IMG/VR virus record: IMGVR_UViG_3300036832_000931
Span: 1 to 59,264 of that record
Source of the DNA: a virus
Lineage: Duplodnaviria > Caudoviricetes
Reading direction: 5' to 3' (one strand)
Length of the DNA: 59,264 bases
The notes below the pieces were generated by a model that saw only the letters and a program-made list of their open reading frames with translations, was not told the DNA's origin and made no database searches. Made by a program: the position numbers and the translations under genes. Positions 17,425-25,546 of this stretch are shown here, in pieces. Within the stretch, counting starts at the first letter, position 1. The number at the start of each line of letters is the position of its first letter.

Positions 17425-17606
17425 TTCGCTTCTCCTTTTTTTGTCCCCGCCGGTAAGACCGTGTCAGACAATGACACGACGGCGGCTGATGTGCAACCAT
17501 ACCACTGCCGCAGCGTCAGTACCAGCTAATTTTGGTAACTAAGAGTCAATGTTGGTTATTAGTAGTGGATCATAGTGACGCCTTATAGGCACATGCGCGG
17601 TTACAT

Positions 17607-18008
17607 TTGACCACTTCGAGTGAGCGTGCTAGTTCTCCAAAACCGACGCAATCGCGTCAGCCTGAACGACAGACTTCGTGCATGGTTCCTGCGTTAAGAG
17701 CAGCGAAACTGGAGGGGAAAGTGTCTGTATACAGTCAACTTACGATCGTAGACGCCAAGCCGCGCATCATCCAGCAGTGCAGAGAGCAGGTCGTCAGGGT
17801 GATGGCGCAGCTGAAGTACTGCCATAACCTGCCGCTCATCATCAGAGACCCGTCGTTCCCCTTCGAGGATGTCCCGTGGCACGTAGAGGGACTTACCCCC
17901 GACCAGTTCGGGCGCATCGTGCCGCTCCTGATCGAAATACAACTCATCATGAAACGCGAAGACAAAGCGGAGGAAACCAATGGCCGACAATGCCCTGACG
18001 CTGCTTGA
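17607..18008 (+). CDS. Hypothetical protein (true start probably GTG ~17721)
   Basis: GGAGGGG RBS immediately after repeat copy 17684-17709; overlaps the RecT start. Confidence 0.45.
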   Translation: MTTSSERASSPKPTQSRQPERQTSCMVPALRAAKLEGKVSVYSQLTIVDAKPRIIQQCREQVVRVMAQLKYCHNLPLIIRDPSFPFEDVPWHVEGLTPDQFGRIVPLLIEIQLIMKREDKAEETNGRQCPDAA

Positions 18009-18897
18009 GCAGCAGAAAAACGAGATCCTGCAGACGCTGCCGGCGTCGATATCGCCTGAGCGGTGGTGGCAGCTCGCCATTCAGATAATCAAAAACCCAA
18101 CGCTGAATCGCTGCACCCCGGTCTCTTTGGTCGAGAGCTTACGTCAGATCGCGGCGTGGGGCCTCGAGCTCGATAACGAGGAAGCCACCATAATTCCCTA
18201 CGGTCAGCAGGCTACGCCTACGGCCATGATGAAGGGCGTGGTACGCCGCGTCATCGAGTCAGGTGCCGCCGTCCACGTCTACGCTGAGATCATCTGCGAG
18301 GGTGAGGCGATCCGTATTTCTTCCGGTACCACCGGCCGGAATATCGAGCACGAGCTAAGTTTCGGTTCACGCGGAAAGATCCTCGGGGCTTACGCAGTTG
18401 CGATCCTGCCCGGTGGTCTGACCGACTTCGAGCTCTTTGGCCAGAACGACATCGAGGCGATCCAGAAAGCTGCACTGCGCGTCAGCGGGGGTAAACCCTC
18501 TCCTGCGTGGCAGAGCTTCCCCGGCGAGATGCTCAAGAAGTCGGTGCTGCGCCGTCTCTGTAAGCGCCTTCGCGGTACTCGCGATACGGACGAGGCGCAT
18601 CGCTTCGACACCATGATGGACGGAATGAAGCGCGTCGAGCCTGAGCCTACCGCACCGCTTACCCCTGATGAAATGCCCAAGCCGGCAGAGCCGGTAGCGG
18701 AGACACCCTCGGCAGCTTTGGTTGATGAGGCTCAGATCGCCGTAATTGACGACAACGCACAGTCGACCGGAATTCCACCCAAGAAGTACGCGAAGCTCAT
18801 GCAGGAATTCGGCATTGCCGAGGAGTGTCAACTGCCGTCGGACAAATTGCCGGCGTTCTTAAGGCGCATGCACGAGCTAGCCGAGGCCAGCAACTAA
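17980..18897 (+). CDS. recT: RecT-family single-strand annealing protein
   Basis: LP..ISPER...NPTL..CTPVSL...GL......A.IIPY...RG.I.GAYAVA...PW...EM.KK.VLRRLCK. Confidence 0.85.
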   Translation: MADNALTLLEQQKNEILQTLPASISPERWWQLAIQIIKNPTLNRCTPVSLVESLRQIAAWGLELDNEEATIIPYGQQATPTAMMKGVVRRVIESGAAVHVYAEIICEGEAIRISSGTTGRNIEHELSFGSRGKILGAYAVAILPGGLTDFELFGQNDIEAIQKAALRVSGGKPSPAWQSFPGEMLKKSVLRRLCKRLRGTRDTDEAHRFDTMMDGMKRVEPEPTAPLTPDEMPKPAEPVAETPSAALVDEAQIAVIDDNAQSTGIPPKKYAKLMQEFGIAEECQLPSDKLPAFLRRMHELAEASN

Positions 18898-18917
18898 ACA
18901 AGGGAGGACGGGGGTAG

Positions 18918-19178
18918 ATGGCATTACGAGCAACCGCGTGGGCGTGGCGGCAGGAGTTGCGGGCTTCGGAGAAGCTGGTCTTACTGGCGCTGACTGATCT
19001 GGCGATTAACGGTGAATACGTGACATGGCTTGGGCAACCCAGGCTATGCGCCAAAACCGGTCAGTCACGCACCACCATGAAGCGCGCACTTGAGGCACTG
19101 GCTGAGAAGGGGCTGATCGAACGCAGACAGAATGTAGTTCATCTGCACGTACCGCCAGCCCTCGAGATACGAGCGTGA
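18918..19178 (+). CDS. Helix-turn-helix protein (HTH_36 type)
   Basis: WAW...SEKLVLLAL.D......L..KTG.SR.T.KRAL..L.EKGLI. Confidence 0.75.
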   Translation: MALRATAWAWRQELRASEKLVLLALTDLAINGEYVTWLGQPRLCAKTGQSRTTMKRALEALAEKGLIERRQNVVHLHVPPALEIRA

Positions 19179-19765
19179 AACTCGAGCTCCCACATGTGAC
19201 CGGCCCGCGCTATGACCAGTTGGGCAATAAAGTGTCTGACGGTTTGCTGCACTGGGCAGGCATTTATTACCCCGGATACACGCCTAGGGATATCCAGATG
19301 TATTACAACCGCGGGCAGTTCATTGACGCCGCCTGTAATCTGCTGGCTAAAGGTCAGGCGCTCCATCCCTACACGGTAACAAAAGCCGCGCAGGAAGGAT
19401 GGACGGGCTTTCTCGATGCCTATCGCGATTTTCTCGATAAGGAGGAGTTCCTGCCGACTCATTGCGCGGTGCGAGTCGTCAATCGGATCGAGCGGTATCA
19501 GGGAACCTACGATCAACGCGGCATGCTGAAGGGCGAGCCGTTTATGCTCGATCTGAAGACCGGCACCGCGCCCTCGTGGACAGGTCTGCAGATAGCCTTC
19601 TACACCCTCGCACTGGAGGACACGTTATATCGGGACATCAAACGGGCGGCGCTGGAGCTGCACGCTGACGGTACCTACAGCCTGATTTATTACAAGGAAT
19701 GGAAGGATTTCGATAAAGCGCGTCTTTTGGCGCGCGCATACTGGACGGCTCAGGAATATCTCTAA
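19175..19765 (+). CDS. PD-(D/E)XK exonuclease
   Basis: YQGTYD...LDLKTG...LQIAFY; neighbour of RecT. Confidence 0.75.
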   Translation: MKLELPHVTGPRYDQLGNKVSDGLLHWAGIYYPGYTPRDIQMYYNRGQFIDAACNLLAKGQALHPYTVTKAAQEGWTGFLDAYRDFLDKEEFLPTHCAVRVVNRIERYQGTYDQRGMLKGEPFMLDLKTGTAPSWTGLQIAFYTLALEDTLYRDIKRAALELHADGTYSLIYYKEWKDFDKARLLARAYWTAQEYL

Positions 19766-19783
19766 GAGAAAAGAGGGGGTGCT

Positions 19784-20617
19784 ATGAGCACTGAAACAAC
19801 AACAGACGAAGCGAAAGCATTAGCGGTCGAGATACAACCAGCGCGCAGCGGGTTTGAGAAAGCACTGCTCACTCTTAATGACCTGAACGGGGCAGAACTG
19901 GCCCAAGCTGGTCGTCTCGGTGAGCGGCGTATCGAGTGGGTCAAGCTGATCGACCAGCAGGCGGCCGAGTGGTTCAAGAAGGTGGGTGAACGTCTGGCTC
20001 CGGGTAAGAAAAAAGCCTACGACGCATGGAAGGCGTGGACCCGTCTTGAGGACGAGATGACCGCGCCGGCTAGGACCATCCGTGAGCGGGCGCGTCCTAT
20101 AATTGGTCAGTATCAGCTGGAGCTGACCCGTCAATCCGAGGCTCAGGCAGCACAGTTACGCGAGGAACAGCGCAAAGCTGATGAGGAGCAGCGGCGGGAT
20201 CATGAGGAGGAAGCGGCACGCATCCGCGCTGAGGCTGAGAGGCTCGATGCTCAAGGCGACACGGCGGCGGCTGAGGAAAAGCTGCTCGAGGCTGAGTACG
20301 TGGAGACCCAGCCGATCGTACCGGTGGCGGTTACTGCGGAACAGGTCGCCCGTCCGAAGGTCGACGCTGGCCGCCTCGTTTACTGGCGTCGTCTAGTCAA
20401 CGCTCATCTTTTCTTGCACTGGGTGACGAAAGAACATCCTCGCCTACCGGTGCGTAACGGCCCCGACGACAGCAATGAGCATGTCATCGAGGGGTATGGG
20501 TGGACGCTGACTCTGAAGTTCGATGCGAGCTGGAAGAGCAAAGACGGGAGCGTCGATATACCGGGCATCGCGGTGACGCGAGGCTATGAAGCTCGCAATG
20601 CTCGGGGCAGAAAATAG
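19784..20617 (+). CDS. Coiled-coil hypothetical phage protein
   Basis: 277 aa with an E/A/R-rich central helix. Confidence 0.65.
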   Translation: MSTETTTDEAKALAVEIQPARSGFEKALLTLNDLNGAELAQAGRLGERRIEWVKLIDQQAAEWFKKVGERLAPGKKKAYDAWKAWTRLEDEMTAPARTIRERARPIIGQYQLELTRQSEAQAAQLREEQRKADEEQRRDHEEEAARIRAEAERLDAQGDTAAAEEKLLEAEYVETQPIVPVAVTAEQVARPKVDAGRLVYWRRLVNAHLFLHWVTKEHPRLPVRNGPDDSNEHVIEGYGWTLTLKFDASWKSKDGSVDIPGIAVTRGYEARNARGRK

Positions 20618-20626
20618 GGGATAGAG

Positions 20627-20866
20627 ATGAAAATCCCATCAGAGGAACTCGATATTATCGCGACCACCGTCGCTGAGATCGAACAGATCCTAAAAGGAAA
20701 AGGGTCCGCTATGCAGGGGGCAATCCTGGGCGATCTGCTCGCGACATGGCTGCACGGTCATAGCGACGTAGATGATGATCCAGTCAAGACAGCAGAAGTG
20801 CGCGATGAGCTACTCGCGGTACATATCAATTATGTCAAGCTGCTGGTGGCAGCGAACGACCTATAG
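20627..20866 (+). CDS. Hypothetical protein
   Basis: 79 aa; QGAILGDLLATWL.GH; TAG overlaps a repeat copy. Confidence 0.6.
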   Translation: MKIPSEELDIIATTVAEIEQILKGKGSAMQGAILGDLLATWLHGHSDVDDDPVKTAEVRDELLAVHINYVKLLVAANDL

Positions 20867-20906
20867 GTTCCTGCGTGTGAGCAGTGAAACCAGAGCATGT
20901 CGGTTC

Positions 20907-21821
20907 ATGAGCATCAAAGTCTTCTACAACGACAACGACCTGTATTGCGTGGAATGGTTAAACAATCTAATCGAGGCAGGGCACCTGCCGGAAGGAACCG
21001 TTGATGGCCGCAGCATCGAAGACCTTGAGCCCGCCGACCTTGACAGATATACGCACGCGCATTTCTTCTGCGGACTTGGAGGCTGGCCCTACGCCCTCGA
21101 GCTTACCGGGTGGCCACCAGACCAGCCTGTTTGGACCGGCAGCCCACCCTGTCAGCCCTTCAGCGCCGCCGGCAAAAGACAAGGAGACGCTGATAGCCGG
21201 GACTTGTGGTCGGCTTGGTTCCGGCTCATCCAAGAGTGTCGCCCTGCAACAATCTTTGGTGAACAGGTTGATGGAGCGATTGGGTGGGGATGGTGGGATC
21301 GAGTATGCGCTGACCTGGAAGGCGAAGATTACGCCTGCGCGGCGGCGCTATTGCCAGCTTGCAGCGTCGGCGCGCCCCATCTCCGCAACCGGCTTTTCTG
21401 GGTCGCAACCCTTGACGGGCTGGCCGACGCCAAACCCCCCGACCGGTGGTCGTTCAATCTTAAACATCGACCAGATGGACCCGACGGGCCGGACGGTGGA
21501 CGGCCGGAAACATACGGCGAGTCTGGAACACGCGGTGAAATTCACGGGCTGGGCAACACCGACCTCGCGCGACCACAAGGACGGAGCCTCGGACCTGAGC
21601 AACGTTCCGATCAACTGTCTGCTTGGGCGGCAAGCACGCCTATCTGGTGCAGTGATGGAAAGTGGCGGCGGGTACCGCTTGAACCACGGTTTCAGCCTTT
21701 GGCTGATGGGCTACCCGGTCGACGAGTGGCTGTCCTGCGTGCCGCGGGGAACGCCATCGTCTCCCAAGTCGCGGCAGAGTTCGTAAGAGCATTTCTCGAG
21801 GTTCCTGCATGTGAGCAGTGA
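20907..21821 (+). CDS. C5 cytosine DNA methyltransferase (alpha-like chain)
   Basis: FCGLGG (motif I), GSPPCQPFS (IV), GEQV (VI), H.R.R (VIII), GNAIV (X). Confidence 0.9.
   Translation: MSIKVFYNDNDLYCVEWLNNLIEAGHLPEGTVDGRSIEDLEPADLDRYTHAHFFCGLGGWPYALELTGWPPDQPVWTGSPPCQPFSAAGKRQGDADSRDLWSAWFRLIQECRPATIFGEQVDGAIGWGWWDRVCADLEGEDYACAAALLPACSVGAPHLRNRLFWVATLDGLADAKPPDRWSFNLKHRPDGPDGPDGGRPETYGESGTRGEIHGLGNTDLARPQGRSLGPEQRSDQLSAWAASTPIWCSDGKWRRVPLEPRFQPLADGLPGRRVAVLRAAGNAIVSQVAAEFVRAFLEVPACEQ
21001..21786 (+). CDS. Overlapping alternative-frame ORF, candidate MTase beta subunit (start uncertain)
   Basis: 261 codons open inside the MTase gene; WPTP/WATP repeats and LNHGFSLWLMGYP resembling motif IX. 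Confidence 0.55.
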   Translation: MMAAASKTLSPPTLTDIRTRISSADLEAGPTPSSLPGGHQTSLFGPAAHPVSPSAPPAKDKETLIAGTCGRLGSGSSKSVALQQSLVNRLMERLGGDGGIEYALTWKAKITPARRRYCQLAASARPISATGFSGSQPLTGWPTPNPPTGGRSILNIDQMDPTGRTVDGRKHTASLEHAVKFTGWATPTSRDHKDGASDLSNVPINCLLGRQARLSGAVMESGGGYRLNHGFSLWLMGYPVDEWLSCVPRGTPSSPKSRQSS

Positions 21822-21926
21822 AACATCAAGCTGAGCACTGCGCCTTAAGGTTTTTTTCTTAAAGCGCATGTACAATCGAACAGGTTCCTGCGTACCAGCA
21901 GTGAAACGTTATGCAGTTGCTCTATC

Positions 21927-22385
21927 GTGAAAAAGCTAGTCCTGACTCCCGCTAGGGGGTTCGTGCGAACATCCAAAAAAGGGGTGTGGCAACCCAAAGA
22001 GTCCACCAGTCAATCCCAAGTGTTCGACTGGGCTAGGTGGGCACGGGGGCGTTATCCCGAACTCGATCTGATGTTCGCCGTCCCGAACGGATTTCCCCTC
22101 CACGGTCCTCAGCGTTTTGCCGTGGTCAATTATATGAAAGCGCAGGGGCTCAAGAACGGCGTGCCCGACATCAGCTTGCCCATCGCCCGCGGCGGATTCT
22201 TCCACAAATGGATCGAGATGAAGGTCAAAGGCGGGCGACTGAGTGAGGCACAGGAGGTCTGGATCCAAGCGCTCCGTAACGCCGGCGGGGACGTCTCAAT
22301 TTGCGAGTCGTTCGAGGAAGCGGTGGCTGATCTGGAAGGCTATCTTCAGTTGCCGAACACGCTCTCGTTCAGTGAAACGAATTAG
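21927..22385 (+). CDS. VRR-NUC domain nuclease
   Basis: FAVPNG...GLKNGVPD...WIEMK...GRLSEAQ..W...L. Confidence 0.85.
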   Translation: MKKLVLTPARGFVRTSKKGVWQPKESTSQSQVFDWARWARGRYPELDLMFAVPNGFPLHGPQRFAVVNYMKAQGLKNGVPDISLPIARGGFFHKWIEMKVKGGRLSEAQEVWIQALRNAGGDVSICESFEEAVADLEGYLQLPNTLSFSETN

Positions 22386-23409
22386 TCATCGCTTCGAGAC
22401 GCTCGCGCGCAGAAGCCTGCAGCGTGAGCATATTAATCTCCATTGGATCGGTGATTGGCAGTTGCTCCGGATTAACTGGAAGCTGCGACTTCGGCATCTT
22501 GGCCTCGGTGGCAGCATCCCAGCGGTTCTGCTCGTTAAGCAGCGCGAGTTCCCACCACTGCGCGAGTTTGTGCGCGATCGGAGGGAACAGGCACGAACTT
22601 TTACCCGCGAGCACATGATCCTCCCACTCGGTCTTGCTCGCGTTAATGCTGTAATAAGCGCACATTGCTGAGAATGAGTGGAATTGCCAGCCATACAAGA
22701 TGACCGGCAATTCGATACTCCTCCGCTGTTGGGCGCGCTGGCGATGGTGGCGAGCGTAGGCTCTGGCGTGTGCGAGGGCACCTTCTAGGCCTTCCTGTTT
22801 GATCCACCGCCTCACGACTCCCGGCGCTAGCCGGTAACGCCGACGCAGTTCACGAACAAACGCCACGAGACTGGGATAGGTGGTCCCATCGACAAGGATC
22901 CGGCTCCGTTCGACATCGCGCCGGAGCTGTTCGACATTATTGCCATTGGCACATAGTCGCGAATCAATCGTAGAGACTGGAAGACCGAGCCGAGGGGACA
23001 ATTCCCGAGCCAGCGCGCTGCGACTTAGTTCTCGTCCTTCGAACATGATGACGCGTGTCGGAGAAACACCGCGGCGGCGCGATGTCCGGTGCGTTTGACA
23101 CCACCGCAGCGCAGCATCGCCATCGCCATCATGATTTCGAATAATCGCTTTGAGCCATTTGACGCTGCGACCGGTAGATTGCGCTAATTCCTGAGCGGCC
23201 ACTTGCAAGGAAGGATATTCTCGACCGTTATACGTAATAGTACGTCGGTGGCGTTTCGGTTGCTGTTCGGACACGGCGTCACCGTCACCGTTTTGTGCCT
23301 TGAGAAGCTGATGGAGCCGCCGGAGACTCAGCCCAGTCTCCGGCTCCAGAAGCTTGGCGACGGCTTGAAGGGAGGTATATTGCTGACCCTTGTATGTTGC
23401 GCCGCGCAT
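22369..23409 (-). CDS. Hypothetical protein with tandem DNA-binding-like repeats
   Basis: Four units: YKGQQYTSL, YNGREYPSL, FEGRELSRS and VDGTTYPSL, each followed by a helical segment. Confidence 0.6.
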   Translation of the reverse strand: MRGATYKGQQYTSLQAVAKLLEPETGLSLRRLHQLLKAQNGDGDAVSEQQPKRHRRTITYNGREYPSLQVAAQELAQSTGRSVKWLKAIIRNHDGDGDAALRWCQTHRTSRRRGVSPTRVIMFEGRELSRSALARELSPRLGLPVSTIDSRLCANGNNVEQLRRDVERSRILVDGTTYPSLVAFVRELRRRYRLAPGVVRRWIKQEGLEGALAHARAYARHHRQRAQQRRSIELPVILYGWQFHSFSAMCAYYSINASKTEWEDHVLAGKSSCLFPPIAHKLAQWWELALLNEQNRWDAATEAKMPKSQLPVNPEQLPITDPMEINMLTLQASARERLEAMTNSFH

Positions 23410-24642
23410 TTAAACAGACAGCTGTTCGAACGCCGATCCCGCGGCCGGAGCTGCGGGGACGACCCGGCGGCGGCGGGCGAGCACATCACGCTCCCGACGC
23501 TCGGCCGCCTTACGCTCAGCCGCTTTGTTCCTGGCCCGAACGGCCGTCTGGTGAACGGCGTTGAGCTCCTCACGAAGCACCGGATTGAAGGTCGCGATCA
23601 CTCGCTGATCCGTCGGAAATTTATCTGCTTTGAAATCGCGCGCCGTCTTCCACCCCTCATAAGCATTGAGCACGTTCGCGAGCACCATCAAGTCGCGCTG
23701 ATCTCCTGTAATCTTGATCTTTTGCTTCTCGTTTTTAGAGAGGAGTTGATTTTCGACCATTTTTATAGCGTAAAACGCGTCCATCAAACCGTCCATGTAA
23801 GCACCTTTTTCAGTTTGCAACTTCTCGAGGAACTCTCTCCCGCGTTCTCCATCGCGGTGCAGAACTGACAGATAACCAGCGATGAAAGCTGAGCCTAAAG
23901 GCATTTCCGACTTCGTGGGCGCGAGTGCATCAAGTGCTTCGAGCGCTGGTTTGAAATAATGAACGCTGGCGAGCAGCGGCAAACTTCGATGGACTTGCTG
24001 ATAGATAGGATCTGGATTCTCTTTCGCGAGCAACACTTCGCGAAATTCACTCATCACGGTACTGCCGCACACCGTTGCAGCGAGCTGCAGCACTTTACTC
24101 AGTCCACTTGCTTGACGCAGCCACCACCAGTTCGGGGTGATTTTCGCTACCCGAACCGTCGTCTGGTTCATATCTCTTCTAGCTTTAACCGCAATCAACG
24201 AATCTAAAGCATTGTAAGCCTTCGTTGCAGCGGCCATGTCGGTAGCAGCATAGACCGTAGTGCGTACGGTCGCCGGAGCCGGGATCCCCTCGAGACTCCA
24301 GACGTGGGTTCGCGTATGACCATTAAGTTTGTGTCCGCGTCGGCTGAATGCATCGTCGTGACTTGCATGCCACAAGCTGCTCAGGGATTCGATCGTATCG
24401 CCCTGCTCCGGTCTGCCGATCAGAATGGCGGCGACTTCCCGATGCTGGTCCAGAGGTTCATCGAGCACGCCTGAACTTATGAGTCTCGCAGCGTGCAAAA
24501 CAGTCTGCCGCTGGGCTGGATGGTCTGGCAACGCTGTGAACGTCCCAAGGGGCAGATCCTTGATCGTCTCCAAGTGAAGGATGTGGGGATTTGCAACAAA
24601 CGGAGCTGTCATGTTTCCTCCAGCGCCTTTTCGAGGCTGCAA
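23410..24642 (-). CDS. Hypothetical protein (weak ParB-like N-terminus)
   Basis: 410 aa; HPAQR...KLNGHTR..W. Confidence 0.55.
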   Translation of the reverse strand: MQPRKGAGGNMTAPFVANPHILHLETIKDLPLGTFTALPDHPAQRQTVLHAARLISSGVLDEPLDQHREVAAILIGRPEQGDTIESLSSLWHASHDDAFSRRGHKLNGHTRTHVWSLEGIPAPATVRTTVYAATDMAAATKAYNALDSLIAVKARRDMNQTTVRVAKITPNWWWLRQASGLSKVLQLAATVCGSTVMSEFREVLLAKENPDPIYQQVHRSLPLLASVHYFKPALEALDALAPTKSEMPLGSAFIAGYLSVLHRDGERGREFLEKLQTEKGAYMDGLMDAFYAIKMVENQLLSKNEKQKIKITGDQRDLMVLANVLNAYEGWKTARDFKADKFPTDQRVIATFNPVLREELNAVHQTAVRARNKAAERKAAERRERDVLARRRRVVPAAPAAGSAFEQLSV

Positions 24643-24767
24643 CTTTGGTTTGACGTGCTGTTCTGCGCGCCGAGCGGACTATACGCCTTTGCGATAAAAT
24701 ATTACAATAGCGAGTGCCAGTGATCGAATAATTGGGTGGGAAAGCGGATGTGACGATGAGATACGGC

Positions 24768-25013
24768 ATGATCACAGGAGCTCAGATTCGTGCGGCTCGT
24801 GCCCTGCTTGGGTGGACGGCTACCGATCTGGCTGAAAAATCCGGCGTCAGCTATGCGTCGATCCAGCGCGCGGAGGCAGTCAACGGCGTCAGCACGATGC
24901 GGGCAAAGAATCTTTACGCTTTACAGCGCGCGCTTGAGGACGGTGGAGTGATCTTCCTTGGCGCTAGCGATAACGGTGGCGATGGATTGCGGCTGAAGTG
25001 TGAACTAAGTTAA
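24768..25013 (+). CDS. XRE-family HTH transcriptional regulator
   Basis: MITGAQIRAARALLGWTATDLAEKSGVS..SI.RAE...LE.GGV.F. Confidence 0.85.
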   Translation: MITGAQIRAARALLGWTATDLAEKSGVSYASIQRAEAVNGVSTMRAKNLYALQRALEDGGVIFLGASDNGGDGLRLKCELS

Positions 25014-25141
25014 GGTTCAGGGGGGCAGCGGTATTTCTCGTTCCACGCGACATACCACGCGAATGCGATCACGGTCACCACTCCACCGACGAAGCCGAAG
25101 ATACAGCCCAACACCAGACCGTCTATAAACGGTGTCATCAT
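25010..25141 (-). CDS. Small membrane protein (43 aa)
   Basis: Hand-translated MMTPFIDGLVLGCIFGFVGGVVTVIAFAWYVAW...; G-rich RBS. Confidence 0.4.
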   Translation of the reverse strand: MMTPFIDGLVLGCIFGFVGGVVTVIAFAWYVAWNEKYRCPPEP

Positions 25142-25165
25142 GGCAGTGCCCCCCCTTGGGCTATT

Positions 25166-25546
25166 TTAGGCGGTCTTCTCTCCCACTACTTCCTCGATCA
25201 CCAATCCAGCCACTACCGGTGAATAGGCAGCTGCAGTCAGTTGTGAGGCGACCGCGATCAAATGCACCCACTGATCGCGTCCTACATCGCCGGCATACTG
25301 CAACAGCGCGGTATGGAACTGTGCGAAGCTCTTCCACACCACTTTCTCGGTGGGTGACAGCACCATCTCCGGTGCTTTCGGTGCAACGATGGAGATGCGC
25401 GGGCGGTTAATTGGTGGACGATCCTGCAACGAAATCAGTTCCCGTTGCAGCCGCTGGAGTTCCTGCTGAAAAGGGGTATCCGGCAGTGCCTGCTGGAGTT
25501 CGAGGATCTGCCGCTGCAATTCTTCGAGTTGGACTTTCATGCTCAT
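25166..25546 (-). CDS. Hypothetical protein
   Basis: 126 aa; coupled to the tail fibre stop (ATGA). Confidence 0.6.
   Translation of the reverse strand: MSMKVQLEELQRQILELQQALPDTPFQQELQRLQRELISLQDRPPINRPRISIVAPKAPEMVLSPTEKVVWKSFAQFHTALLQYAGDVGRDQWVHLIAVASQLTAAAYSPVVAGLVIEEVVGEKTA

Noticed and set aside
19175-19765. Cas4 call for the PD-(D/E)XK nuclease
   Set aside because: It lacks the four-Cys Fe-S pattern and sits beside RecT, so a recombination exonuclease is more likely.
19779-19797. Partial or degenerate motif copies (GTGCTATGAGCACTGAAAC here; also near 2900, 12019, 13286, 15703, 22371)
   Set aside because: Only half the consensus is present, so they are excluded from the count; a covariance-model scan is needed.
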